Made by a program: the position numbers and the translations under genes
Source: Chiloscyllium plagiosum
Taxonomy: Eukaryota
Assembly (NCBI RefSeq): GCF_004010195.1
Contig: NC_057718.1
Location: 46,677,274 to 46,741,273, forward strand
Reading direction: 5' to 3'
Length of the DNA: 64,000 bases
In this document: one piece after another, positions 27,095 to 40,123 of the stretch
Numbering within the stretch: position 1 is the first letter of the stretch
How the letters are laid out: each line of letters starts with the position of its first letter
Notes under the pieces: model-generated
Told to the model about the DNA's origin: nothing
Seen by the model: the letters and a program-made list of their open reading frames with translations, nothing else
The model's database searches: none

Positions 27095-27580
27095 TAGGAA
27101 GGAGATTGTTAAACTTGAGGGGGTGCAGAAAAGACTTGTAAGGATGCTGCTGGGATTGGAGGGTTTGAGTTATAGGGAGAGGTTTAATAGGCTGGGGCCT
27201 TTTTCCCTGGAATGTTAGACACTGAGGGGTGACCATATGGAGGTTTATAAAATCATGAGGGACATTATAGGGTGAATAGCAAAGGTCTTTTCTCGTGGGG
27301 TGGGGGAGTCCAAAAGTAGAAGGTATAGGTTTAAGATGAGAGGGAAAAGATTTAAAAAGGACCTGAGGGGTAATCTTTTCATTCAGAGGGTGGTACGCAT
27401 ATGGAATGAGCAGCCAGGGGATGTGGTGGAGGTAGGTACAATTTAAAAGGCATCTGGATGGGTATATGATTAGGGATGGTTTAGAGGGATATGGGCCTTA
27501 TGCTGGCAAATGAAACTAGGTCAGATTGGAATGACTGGTTGCTGCAGATGAGTTGGACCGTACTATATGATCCTATGATT
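27095..27580 (+). mobile_element. CR1 3' portion
   Basis: YRKEIVKLEGVQKR, LRGD.MEVYKI, QRVVRIWNE. Confidence 0.88.
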
Positions 27581-27659
27581 TTGTAATTGCTAGAACATCC
27601 CAAAAAAGAATGAAACAAGACAGAACATTTGCTATTGACCCAGACATTGGAAATGACAA

Positions 27660-30170
27660 TGGAAAACACTGCACTATCGACCCTGCAAAGTTCTGCTTAC
27701 TAACATCTAAGATTTTTGTGCCAAAGTTGAGAGAGTAGTCTCACAGATGAGTCAAGCAACACCCTGGTATGATTATATGCATAAAAAAGATCATCCCTTA
27801 CAAACAATGCCCTAGCCACCGGTATCACCATCATTGGGTATGGCCTGACCCACTGGTAGGACAGAACCGCTGAGTTGACAGCACAGTGACGTACACAGTC
27901 ACAACGGGGTTGTCCTGGGAGTCCTCAACATTGATTCCAGACACCATGAAGTGCATTGATAGCAGGTCAAACCAGAGTAAGGAATCCGAAACAAATACAC
28001 AAATTGCTGGGAAACCTCAGCAGGCTTGGCAGCATATGTGGAGAGGAAAGAAAGGTTAACATTTCTGATCCAGTAACCCTTTTTCAGAACTGTTCTGACT
28101 TTTGGCAGCAATGTCTGTTTTTGTTTCTGATTTCCACCATCCACACTTTTTTTTAATGGATAAGGGATCTTCTGGCTGATTACCTCGCAAAGGAATGTTT
28201 CACCCACACTTTCTCCTTAGTTGATAAGTCAATGCTTCTCCATGCTGAATAACACTTGGAGGAAGCACTGAAGGGAGCAATGGACTCTGTGTGGGGGGCT
28301 TCTATGTAGCACTACTGATTGAGCTAGTTAAATCTTGATGACATTGCTGCCAAAATGAGTCTGCAGCAGGAAGTGAGGGAACCAACAAGAGGGAAACATA
28401 CCTGATTTCATTCTGACCAATCTGCTGGCTGCAGATGCACCTAAACATGACAGTATCAGTAAGAGTGACTATTGCACAGTCCTCTGACGAAGTCACTATG
28501 CCTTCACATTGAGAATATCTTCCATTGAGTTGTGTTGTGCACTTGAACACAATCTGTAACTTCTGATCACATTAGGGGATCAACATTAGTTCAATGAAGA
28601 ATGTAGGAGGGCCTGCCAGGAACAGCACTGGGCATACTTAAAAATGAGGTGTCAAGCTGATGAAGTGACAAAACAGGGCTGCTTGTGTGTCAAACAGCAT
28701 AAGCAGCAAGTAACAGATGGAATAAAGAGATTCCAGAACTAAAAGATCAAATCTGAGCTCTTCAGTCATAGTCATAGAGATGTCCAGCACGGAAACAGAC
28801 TCTTCAGCCCAACTCATCCATGCGACCAGATTTCCTGAACTAATCTAGTCCCATTTGCCAGCACTTGGCCCATATCCCTCTAAACCCTTCCTATTCATGT
28901 AACCATCCAGATGCCTTTTAAATGTTGTAAATGTACCACTCTCCACTATTTCCTCTGACAATTCATTCCATACACGCACCATCCTCTGTGTGAAAAGGTT
29001 GCCCCTTAGGTCCCTTTCAAATCTTTCCCCTCACACCCTAAACCTATGCCCTCTCGTTCTGGACTCCCCCACCCCAGGAAAAAGACCTTATCTATTTATC
29101 CTATCCATGCCCTTCATGATTTTATAAACCTCCATCAGGTCACCTCTCAGCCTCTGATGCTCCAGGGAAACTGCCCCTGACACATCTAGTCATGAATGAG
29201 GGTAAACAATGAAACAATTCACTGAAGGAGGACTCTCACCAATATCCCAATCGTAATTGGTGGTGGAACCCAGCACATCAGTGCAAAAGATAAGGTGGAA
29301 GCATTTGCAACAACTTGAGGAGCAATAAAGGCTGGCCAGCTAGCGCCATCCATGTCCCACAAGTGCCAAGTGAATGATTAATCTCAGACTTCTTCAGAGG
29401 TCCCCAGCAATTCAGATGCCAGTTTTCAGCCTATTTGATTCACTCCACATGATATCAAGAAATGGTCGGAGACACGAGATACTGCAAAGGCTGTGGGTCT
29501 GACAATATTCTGGCAATAGTACTGACTTGAGTTCAAGAACTTGCTGCTCCCCTAGCTAAGCTCTTCCAGCATAGTCACAGCACTGGCATTTATTTGACAA
29601 TGTGGAAAATTGTCCAGGTATGTGCACAAAAAGCAGGACAAAACCAACCCAGCTAATTACCACCCCATCAGTCGACTCGATCATCAGTAAAGTGATGGAA
29701 GGTGCCATCACCAGTGCTATCAAGCAGCACCTGCTCAGCAATAACCTGCTCAGTGATGCCCAGTCTGGGTTCTGCCAGGACCACTCAACTCCTGACCTCA
29801 ATACAGCCTTCAAACATGGATTAAACAGCTGAATTCCAGAGGTGAGGGGAGAGTGACAGCTCTTGACGTCAAAGCAGCTTTTGAACAAGGAGCCCTAGCA
29901 AAACTGGAATTGATGGGAATTGGGAGAAAAACCCTCTGCTGATTAGAATCGAAGCTGGAACATAGGAGGATGTTGTGGGTTTCGAAGTCAGTCATCTCAG
30001 CTCCAGGACATCTCTGCAATAGTTCCTCAGGGTGGTGTCCCAGGCCCAATCATCTTCAGTTACTTCATCAATGACCACTCCCCGCCTCCCCTCATAAGGT
30101 CTATAATGGAGATGTTTGCTAATGATTGCACAATATTCAGCACCATTTGCTACTCCTCAGATACACTCCT
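27660..30170 (+). mobile_element. Decayed L2-group (non-CR1) LINE ORF2, with nested inserts
   Basis: NPANY.PIS..SIISKVMEG, QSGFCQDHSTPDL, ALDVKAAF, VPQGGVPGPIIFSYFIND, MFAND; endonuclease-like 5' part; nested PLE terminus at ~27985-28150. Confidence 0.75.
28767..29180 (-). mobile_element. CR1 3' end nested in the L2-group LINE
   Basis: Reverse complement of the CR1 ORF2 end and 3' UTR; tail tagtcatagag. Confidence 0.9.
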
Positions 30171-33100
30171 CAGACAATGAGCTGCTTTCTTGAAACACTG
30201 CAGGCCATATGCTGTGGATTGACTCATAATGCCCTTAGAAAAGGAATTCCAAATTTTGACCCAGCAACAGTGAAGGAACTTCCAAGTCAGGATGGTGTGT
30301 GGTTGGTGAGGAACTTGCAAGTGGTGGTGCTCCCATATATCTTTTGTCCTTATCATTCTAGGTGGAAGTGGTCCTGCAGTTAGAATGTGCTGAGGATCTT
30401 TTGTGAATTGCTGCAGGGCATCTTGTAGGTATGACTGAGCATTGGTGGTGGAAGCCATAGACGCTAGTGGATGTGGTGTCAATCAAACAGGCTGCTTCGT
30501 CATGGATGAATCTGTTTTCATTTTACTCCAAAGTCCAACATTATTATAAAGGCATGTGTTAAACAGAAGCAAAATTTAATAGAATTCACAAAGATGTTAC
30601 CATGGACAGTGGTGTAAAATTATAAAGAGAAACGTTATCAGCTGGGACTTTTTCCGTGGTGCAGAGAAAAATTTAATTGTTCATACATGTTTAGATAGAT
30701 TTATTCTAGATGGCTCAAATAGAGATGTTGCAGATATAAACTTCATGTATATTTCTGTGCTGTTACATTCTGTAATGTGCTTCCCTTCCCGTGATTTTGT
30801 TTTACCCTGCAAAGACTATCTTACTGTTCATGTGAAACCTGAGGTGAACCCTGGGTCTATGCAGTTTGTATTCTAATCTTTCTTTGACAGTCTTAAATTA
30901 CACTGCATTTTCCATAACTTAACCTCCCTTTTGAATCATTCACAAGTCAAAGATATTGTGATTAGAGTCACATCAATGAGTATCAGTTATTTCTGGTGGC
31001 TTTGACAGTAACAGCAGAAATACATTTCCAAAAAAATCGAGTTCCATTCAATTTGGGAGATTCAAGAAAATGAGCAGAAGATGGAAGTGAAACAAATGCT
31101 AATCTTACAACAGTTTCATACAGGCTCTTGATCCCAGGGAAGGAATGTCACTGTCTGGTTTGAACTTAATTTGCTAATTCTTTCTGAAAAAAGCAATGCA
31201 GAGCTCTTTCTGAAGGGTGAGAGTCCCATTGCCTATATTAAATTCCACCTTTGGGTCTGAATTTAATGCCTCTACTTAGTGGTGGGTTTGGTGGTGGTAC
31301 TGTGAATGCCACGCTTCCCTTTACTCCCACCTGCTTATACGACTTCCATCATTACTCATGCTGAACCACAGTTGACTGCATTACTGACACTAGCCACTGC
31401 CTTTCCGATGGCATTGCTGAGCAATGAAGAGTTGCCACTCTTTGCTTGGCTGTCGGTTTTCAGCAGATGAAACATCTGCAGCCAGCTGCCCAATGAAGTG
31501 GCACTTAACATAATGTTAAGAAAAAAAAAGCAACATTGGGCTCTCAAATGCTTTCCCACTAATGAGTTGAACCCTCATTGTCTATACTGATTTTCACCTG
31601 TGGTCTCTGTCTTCCTCACTCCCTTCAAAGCCAACATCTGCATCGCTGCCTTTTTGTTCTTTTTTATAGTTTACCTCTGTAGATGTGCATTATGTCTGGT
31701 TTTCAGTGGCAATCTGACACTGTCTAAAATACTTGATTTTGTGTATTAGGAGCTTAATTCAGTGCTAACTCAAAGCTCTATTTGGTCAACTAATTACAGG
31801 TGGCTGTTGTAGGAAATGTAACAAATTTAAATTGGTACCATAGAAATATCCTCTTCAGTTGGATCTGAAAGTTGAGGTGCATTCTTGAGTCAGAACTGAG
31901 GAAACTACATCAGCCAATGTTCCTATTGGCATTAAGTGAGAGTAATGCCAAGTTGTTCCATTCCCATCACATCTGCTTTTCTCTTTATTGAACACAAAAA
32001 ATCATTCAGAAAATGAAAAAGAAAAGGATCTGTAATGGATTGGTTTTCAGACACTGTGGCAATTTAAGTTTAAAATCTCTAATTTCAAACTGGTTTTAAG
32101 TGGCACCATACATTGAATTATCACAGGAAAGCTCTCTAACCTCATACGAGCTAACGGAATCTTAAAAGTACATTCTTCACGCTTCATTCATTTAAAGTGT
32201 AAGAGTCATAATCTCAGGTAGCTTCGATAGTTGATCACTGCACACTTGTATAGCTTAGTAAAGCACACTCAGTTGAAATTCTTGGCAACAATTTCGGCTA
32301 ATCCCTAAGGTATGGAGGTGGGTGAATACTTGCACTGTAAAAGGAATGTGTGAAATGTGCTGAGACAGACATCAAAATATGACATAAATAAAGAACAAGC
32401 AGTTTACATACAATCAACAGTAATGTTTGTGTCAAGCCAGTCTACCAAATAATGAAATCTTGTGATTTGTTGGATGAAAAATATCTGAGATTTTGTCCTT
32501 TAACTCTAATCAATTCTTCCAAAATAAAAGTGTTGCTAAGGGATATAGATCATGTGGATTCTTGCCATGCATGCCTTTTTGTGAAATATGCGGAACATTC
32601 TCACCTTTGGCCTAGTAAAGTCACTTCCTCATTTCTTTTCCCAGGACATTGGTGACTGAATTGGTGTTGTTTCCTGTTCTCATCCCACACCAGAAAATTC
32701 ATCAACGTTACTTTCAATCTCCGGCCTTCGCTGATTTTCATGGTTCAGAGATTGCACGCACTGAGTTGGGCCAACATTAAGTATTAAGGATTTGCCCATC
32801 TCTGCCTGGCCAGCTCGCATTTAGACTTTTGAGGCAGGATGTCTCATCTCAGAGGATTGCTGGCCAACTGAGATACTGGCAACTCCCGTACCCCTGCAGA
32901 AGCACTAGGAGCAGTAGCCACTTTCCTTTTTAAAGGATTAATGTGAAACTGCACAGCCTCCCATAAGGAAGTAGCAGAGTTGAACTGTGAGGTAGGGGTG
33001 GAATCTCACTGGCCTGGTGAGGGGGTAAATGGACATGACAATAAAATACTGAGGGCTGTGAAATAGGCATAGTATACTCATCAAGAGAATATTCCTCCAA

Positions 33101-33344
33101 ATTGACATCAAAACTTGGAAGGCTTTACTGGGTGGTCTGGTCACTGTCAGCTTATGGGCCTTCATTGAGCCATGCAGCTGGTGAGCAACCCTTGGGTCAA
33201 ATTATTACAAGGCCAGCGGCAGTACCATTGGTCTGAAACTAATTTAACAAACCCCCCCTCACCTACCATCTGCCCCAGGTTTGGGGTTTGGTGAATTGTA
33301 AGATTCTGGCTATTAAGTTTACATGCTTCACCTTCAGTTCTTGC

Positions 33345-33640
33345 CTTACCTTCCTTGACTTGTATATTTATATTATCAGCCAACATCTGTGGCAGGCCCA
33401 CTGACTCCCACAGTGAACTTGACTACATTTGCTCCCTTAACCTGCTTCTATTTTTGGATTTGATTCCATTCTCCTAGTTCCTTCATCTCCATATTATCTG
33501 CTCTGATAAATCCTACCTTTCATACCAATGCTTTCAATGTGCCTTTCTTTTCCCTTAATTGAATATCTCAACCACTGAGGGTGGTGTGGTCTGTGATAAT
33601 GGTCTTTCCATTTTCCACACCTGCTCTCACCCTTTCCTTT
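33345..33640 (+). mobile_element. Old Penelope-like RT C-terminal fragment
   Basis: LPFLDL...PTDSH..LDY...SI...FL.L..ICSD remnants. Confidence 0.55.
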
Positions 33641-36446
33641 TGAAAGGATTAATGTGGACATATTGCACAGGGAGTAGGTGAACGCTGGCAGACAGACTCA
33701 ACAAGCAAGCAGAACATAAAACAAAGTCTGAGTGGCCTCTGACCAGTAAAGAATATTGTGTCAATTGTGTTGTACAAATTTGATATAACCTCTTGTAGAA
33801 TTGGTGGATCCTGTGAACACTGTACCTTGATACCCTAAAATATTCTGTAACCATTGTTCTGGGAGTCAGAAGAGAGACATTGCTCTGTCCTTTGGCTCCC
33901 CTGTCTACATTTGAATAAAGAATACTGATAAAAAGTACTTTGTATGTCCAGATTGCGTTATTCCTCTCAGCACATATCATCCTGCTGAGAGGAATAACGC
34001 AATCTGGACATCCAGCTGAGAGGAATATCGCATCCTGCTGAAGTGGGGAGAATCCACTTGTGGATAGAGAACTGCTGAGGATAACTGCTGAGGGGAAAGA
34101 GAGCAAACAGTAAGCTTTCACCTGGAGAGGGCTTGAGCATAATGGCTGGGGATGCTCAGAAGGATCATATGGTTTGTGGACTCCATGTTGCAGTGTGTGT
34201 ATAGGAAACAGAAGGGGTTGGTAGAACAGATGAGGAAGGATGGTTGAAGTCTGCTCAGTGGGTCTTGGGACCAAAGAAAGATCAAGCCAACAGGGCAGTT
34301 TGATCTTTTGCCACCTGCACAAGCAGCAAGTAGAAAACAATAAGCCCCTATGAGAAACTTGCCACAAGGTAATGGTAGTAGCCATACGACAACAATGATA
34401 TGATTTGGAGAGATGCGGATAAAAAAAACCTGGAAATGTGGGCACCATGATACCAACAAGTAGATTGGGAGCTAGGTCAAGGGTAACCACAGGCAGAGGT
34501 AAGTAAATGGCTGAAGTGATAAGGTGAAGCCACATTAGATGGTGGTTGCTGAGAATAGTGACATGTTTGGAGGCGATATTTTTATTGAGGGCCCAAGAGG
34601 TCAATAACAACATCTCAGGCAGATAAGAGATCAACACAATAGATTAAAGGTGGTGGAACCCGGGGCGATCAAACTGGAAAAGAAAAAAATGTCTTGGATG
34701 CAAAAACAAACTTGGACAGATTTCAAGGAAAGGTGAAAAAAATTACCTTTGAAGTACCACTGCAGCCTAGAATGCTGAGTTTGTGTGTGTGAGTCTATGT
34801 CAATGTTTATTCTCCTTGTGTGCTTTGAACCTGGCAAAATCTATTGCAAAAAGGAAAGGGGTCAGTGCTCTGTAAATACTTGTTTAGGACTGATTGTGAA
34901 TGGTTGCTGCTTAAACTGTAACATTGTCAAAAACAATGTCTTTGTTCTGTTTTGGAATGAGAGAGGAAAAGTCAGGCTGGACGTGCAGCTCTGGTCGTTT
35001 GTGGGTTGCAGGCCAGTGTATATGTTACATAAAAATATGTTAACCCTGAATGGTCTGTTCTGTATTCTGGGTTTAAAGCAGTTTGCTGCTGACTCTGTCA
35101 GAATTGATTTATCTTTTTCTATTAAGAGCACATGCTCTTCATTCCTGCCTGTGTGTCAAACAAAAGGTCTATCTTCAACGTTTGGAGTCATTAGAATGCA
35201 TTCTGCATTAGGTGGAGTGGATTCTTTGCGGCAAAGTTTAAGTGACTGAGGATTCTGCTCCTGCCACAGGTTCTCAGGAGACTAGGGAGAATGGATGTTG
35301 CTAAATTGGAGTGTGGTAACAAACCATTTAGTTGATTTGAATTTCAAAAAGAAAGAAAAGAACTGAGAAGATTGGAGAGACTTACCGATTAATTCAAAAT
35401 CCTGCAATTAAGAGATAGGAACTGCTGGAGATTGCCGAGACCTGGATTGTAAGGCATTCAGGAGATGCCTCGACCCTCTGAGGGGCCTTTGAAAAATATT
35501 GAGGCTATTTCACTATTCTAGGAATATTGGGATGGACTAAATGGTACCATGGAGGAGGAGAGGGTACGTTATCTCCAGTGGAGCTCCAGAGGCATGAGGA
35601 AATACTGAAATGATTGGTAGAGGCTACTAAGGGGCCCATCAGTGGAGCTGTGATCAACATTAAGGCCCACAGGAAAGTAAAAACACTGCAACATACAGGT
35701 AATGCACAGGTAGGTAATTGGGCCATTAAGGCATTACAAGAGGAACCAGAGAAGATATTTAATGTTAGGTTGGAGGAAGTATCAGTGCAAGAAGTACAGG
35801 GCTCAACAGACAGAGCAAAGCAGGAGAAGTGGGGATGGGAAGGAGTGGCTAAGGGAGCAAATGGGATGTGGCAAAAGGAACAACAAGTAGTTGACCTGAA
35901 TACAATCCACCAGAGCCTGATAGATTGGAAATATGCCCTGGGATAGGACATCCCGAGATTAAGACCAATCTATGGTTAGTAAGCAGATACAGACCAAGGT
36001 GGAAGTGCTTGGGGCAAGAAATGGCGAAATCATGCCAATGACATCTGTCGTGTGTGGAATTTAACCCAGAAACGGTTGGGAAGGTTAGGATGAAGAAATA
36101 CATATGCTCCAGAGGTTCATGGGAAAATCTGCAGATGGATTTTGCTAGATCCCTCCACAGAGTGAAGAGAAGACTTGTTGCTTGGTAATTGTCAACTAGT
36201 TCACCCAAAGGTTGAAGGCATTTACAGCTAGAGATTGCACATGCAAACTGTATGTAGGGTATTTTATTCCTAAGAAATAAATAAGCTCCACTACAAACAA
36301 AATCAGTCCAGGATACACATTTTACTGGGAAGGTGAAGGAAGCTACTGGGAATCAAATAACAATCCTATATTATTTATCATTCTCAATCATCAGGAATGG
36401 CAGAAAGGATAAAGTAAACCCTGAGCAAAGCATTAGAAAAGACCAT

Positions 36447-37837
36447 GGTGACATCTTGCAAAATGTCCAAATTACAGAGGAGGAAGTGCTGGCTGTTTTG
36501 AAACAGTTAAAAGTGGATAAGTCCCCAGGACCTAATCAGGTGTACCCGAGAACTCTGTGGGAAGCTAGAGAAGTGATTGCTGGGCCTCTTGCTGAGATAT
36601 TTGTATCATCGATAGTCACAGGTGAGGTGCCGGAAGACTGGAGGTTGGCAAACGTGGTGCCACTGTTTAAGAAGGGCGGTAAAAACAAGCCAGGGAACTN
36701 NNNNNNNNNNNNNNNNNNNNNNNNNNNNNNNNNNNNNNNNNNNNNNNNNNNNNNNNNNNNNNNNNNNNNNNNNNNNNNNNNNNNNNNNNNNNNNNNNNNN
36801 NNNNNNNNNNNNNNNNNNNNNNNNNNNNNNNNNNNNNNNNNNNNNNNNNNNNNNNNNNNNNNNNNNNNNNNNNNNNNNNNNNNNNNNNNNNNNNNNNNNN
36901 NNNNNNNNNNNNNNNNNNNNNNNNNNNNNNNNNNNNNNNNNNNNNNNNNNNNNNNNNNNNNNNNNNNNNNNNNNNNNNNNNNNNNNNNNNNNNNNNNNNN
37001 NNNNNNNNNNNNNNNNNNNNNNNNNNNNNNNNNNNNNNNNNNNNNNNNNNNNNNNNNNNNNNNNNNNNNNNNNNNNNNNNNNNNNNNNNNNNNNNNNNNN
37101 NNNNNNNNNNNNNNNNNNNNNNNNNNNNNNNNNNNNNNNNNNNNNNNNNNNNNNNNNNNNNNNNNNNNNNNNNNNNNNNNNNNNNNNNNNNNNNNNNNNN
37201 NNNNNNNNNNNNNNNNNNNNNNNNNNNNNNNNNNNNNNNNNNTGGGAGGTCATGTTGTGGCTGTACAGGACATTGGTTAGGCCACTGTTGGAATATTGCA
37301 TGCAATTCTGGTCTCCTTCCTATCGGAAAGATGTTGTGAAACTTGAAAGGGTTCAGAAAAGATTTACAAGGATGATGCCAGGGTTAGAGGATCTGAGCTA
37401 CAAGGAGAGGCTGAACAGGCTGGGGCTGTTTTCCCTGGACTATCGGAGGCTGAGGGGTGACCTTATAGAGGTTTACAAAATTATGAGGGGCATGGATAGG
37501 ATAAATAGACCAAGTCTTTTCCCTGGGGTTGGGACGTCCAGAACTAGAGGGCATAGGTTTAGGGTGAGAGGGGAAAGATATAAAAGAGACCTAAGGGGCA
37601 ACTTTTTCACACAGAGGGTTGTACATGTATGGAATGAGCTACCAGAGGATGTGTTGGAGGCTGGTACAATTGCAACATTTAAGAGGCATTTGGATGGGTA
37701 TATGAATAAGAAGGGTTTGGAGGGATATGGGCCGGGTGCTGGCAGGTGGGACTAGAATGGGTTGGGATATCTGGTCGGCATGGATGGGTTGGACCGAAGG
37801 GTGTGGGTTTATATGCTGTACATCTCTATGACTCTAT
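36447..37837 (+). mobile_element. Young CR1 LINE inserted into the ERV integrase
   Basis: KSPGPNQVYPRTLWE, WRLANVVPLFKKG, LYRTLVRPLLEYC...WNELP; flanked by gaccat (36441-36446) and gatcat (37838-37843). Confidence 0.93.
36700..37242. other. Assembly gap
   Basis: Run of N. Confidence 1.
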
Positions 37838-39091
37838 GATCATAATGGAAAATGGGACTTCATGGGCAGATGCACGACAGAGCCAAGAGACTGAATACAG
37901 CTTGGTTCAAATTAATGACATGGACAGCCATGAAATTGTTTTGAGGTGGGATTACTGGGGCATGGGGAACAGAGACGTAAGTTCCACTCAGGATAAAGTG
38001 TGGCGGTCTGTATGTGAGACATGTACTCAGCTCCATAATATGTGGTAGACTGCGTGGATGAACAACTGATCCATGAAAAAGCCAGGAACTTCTGTTGGGA
38101 GACATTTAAGTGGCAGTAAAAGACCTGGTGATAGTGAAGACCAGCCACTAAGAGAGGGCTGCAGCCAAGATGGTGAGCACCCTACCTGATAATAATGACC
38201 AGGTTTACTTGCACATGGATGAAGATCTACTGGAGCCAGCTAGAGAAGTAGAAAGGAGATGGGGAGAACTGATTTCTTGCACTCATACCCTCAGTAAAAT
38301 GTCATGCTGAAGATGGCTGTTTGACACGAAAGGCTGATTGCTCTACCTAAAGGATATGTGGGGACTGAAACACCTTGCTGCAAGAGAACATGTGACTGAC
38401 CAGCATCCAAACACTTTGAGAGTGACGAACCAAAATGGAATGTAATTGTTAATTGGATTGAAACCAGTTGTTCTAAACAACATACATCATGGTGTTCAAT
38501 TACATTTACTGAGAACAAAGGAGAAATATGTTGGAAATCTGGAGAATGCCCAAGGGGATGATCCTTAGGAGTGAATGAAATACCAAAGGGAATTTAGGAA
38601 AGAGGTAAGCGCAGACCTAGAACATGTTTCTCTCCCACATAGATAAGCTAGAATTTTGGAAAGAGCAATACATGCAGCTAAGGTGGGAGGGCAAATATGC
38701 AATGAGACCAAAATAAAATCTTTGGTGGGAGCAGAAACTGAGATGTGAAACAGGGGCCCGAAGTAATATTCCTGATGTACAGTGTTGAGAAACCATGGTT
38801 GTAAGGGAAATGAAGGGAGGAGTAGCAAGGAAAGGGATCTTTGAGGAAAGGGCTGCAGAAACGTCAGTTAGTTTGCATCAAACCAAATTGGTGGGTTTTG
38901 TCCAGGGACCCCATGGGAAGAAGTTACAAATATCAAACTTAGGTTGACATGGAGGTCTAACCGACTGTATCACTGTGAACAAGAAGTGAAGGTGCCGAGC
39001 AGAAATGATAAAGAGAGAACAGGCTATGTGCTCAGAGGCAGGGGGTAAATTTAACCCTTCACATATCAATCCTGGCATCATCTTCAACCCA

Positions 39092-39258
39092 AGGAGCAGG
39101 AGAGTCACCGTTTCGAGCATTAGCTCTTCATGATGAAGAGTTTATGTTTGAAACGTCAATTCTCCTGCTCCTTGGATGCTGCCTGACCAGCTGTGTTTCT
39201 CCTGCACCACACTTTTTGACTCTGATCTCCAGCATTTGCAGTCTTCACTATATCCTTG
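39092..39258. mobile_element. PLE-terminus fold-back with two opposed decayed HHR motifs and an 11-bp TSD
   Basis: TSD tcttcaaccca at 39081-39091 and 39259-39269; centre cgtttcgagcattagctcttca / tgatgaagagtttatgtttgaaacgtc. Confidence 0.8.
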
Positions 39259-40123
39259 TCTTCAACCCAGTATGTCATGCTTACCTGTTTAAAGAAAAAG
39301 AGCTAGCAATAGAGAGAGGTCAACTTAGATGATCGAGCTGGACCATGGGATGATATGACGGAATTGTTTTAGAGCATGCGAGCCCCTTGGAGGTGCAGAT
39401 ATGAGGCTGATTTGGTGCATGTGCGTACCCATATAATCTAAGGCTAGGACCTCCTCTATATAACTGCCCGCCATTCCCACAGCCACAACAGCAAGAGATC
39501 AAGACCCCAACATCAGAGCAGCCCAAACCTTACCTCACCCCACGACCAACCTGGGAACCTGAATGTCTCGAGCTAATGAAGGGACCAGTTGATGTACTAG
39601 GACTCTTGAACAGGTCTCTGACACCAATGTTCCCCATGAGATAAAATCTTTGCTCTAGAATTTGTTCTGTATAATGTGCTCTCACCAAAGTGCTCTCATG
39701 GCACCTAAGGGCTCTATGTAAACCTGATCCTCTGAAAGGTAAGCGTGCACCTGAATGGGGGAACTGGCAACATAATGTTACCTTATCAACCTTCTGCTTA
39801 TAGACCAGAGGAAGATGAATTGGAAATAGCAGTAGAAAACCCAGATCTAGAGAAATGCATGAACAAAAAGGACATCTCATCCCCACTCTAAGTGAACCCC
39901 AATTAGAAGTGAGGAGGAATGGGGAGAAGGGGTAGTCCACCAAGTTATAAACAAGGTTAAAGAAGAATCATGCAATGTTGTCTTCACAACAAATGGACTG
40001 AGCTGTTCAATAGAAAGTTTAGATTTACATGCGGACAGTAATTCACAAAGAGGATGTATCTTGAAGCAGGACATATGCCCTTACACATTGAAATTTCTGA
40101 TGCTTCATTTGCAGCCATTTTCA

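Larger units (their letters stand above)
33650..39050 (+). mobile_element. Highly decayed endogenous retrovirus (class I, gamma/epsilon-like pol)
   Basis: RNase H WRRRGYVISSGAP (35550) and AVINIKAHRK...GNAQ; integrase LQMDF (36129), LVIV..F, THFTGKV, YHSQSSGMAER (36376), resuming SWADA..SHEIV after a CR1 insert; LTR-like segment with AATAAA at 33914; outer boundaries uncertain. Confidence 0.75.

Noticed and set aside
33978..34095. CRISPR-like short direct repeats (catcc.gctgagagg)
   Set aside because: Irregular, degenerate, no unique spacers of constant length, eukaryotic context
33627..34637. 336-aa minus-strand ORF
   Set aside because: Antisense of purine-rich decayed ERV sequence, where stop codons are naturally scarce; non-ATG start, L/S/C/F-rich, no recognisable domain
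36333..37755. Long ORFs of 212-377 aa (likewise those near 6916-7529 and 11376-11827)
   Set aside because: Length is inflated by N runs; the real residues are CR1 or PLE fragments
39320..39950. 3' LTR of the ERV (TATA-like ctatataa near 39456)
   Set aside because: Looks LTR-like, but I cannot align it by eye to the 33650-33975 segment, so it is left unassigned
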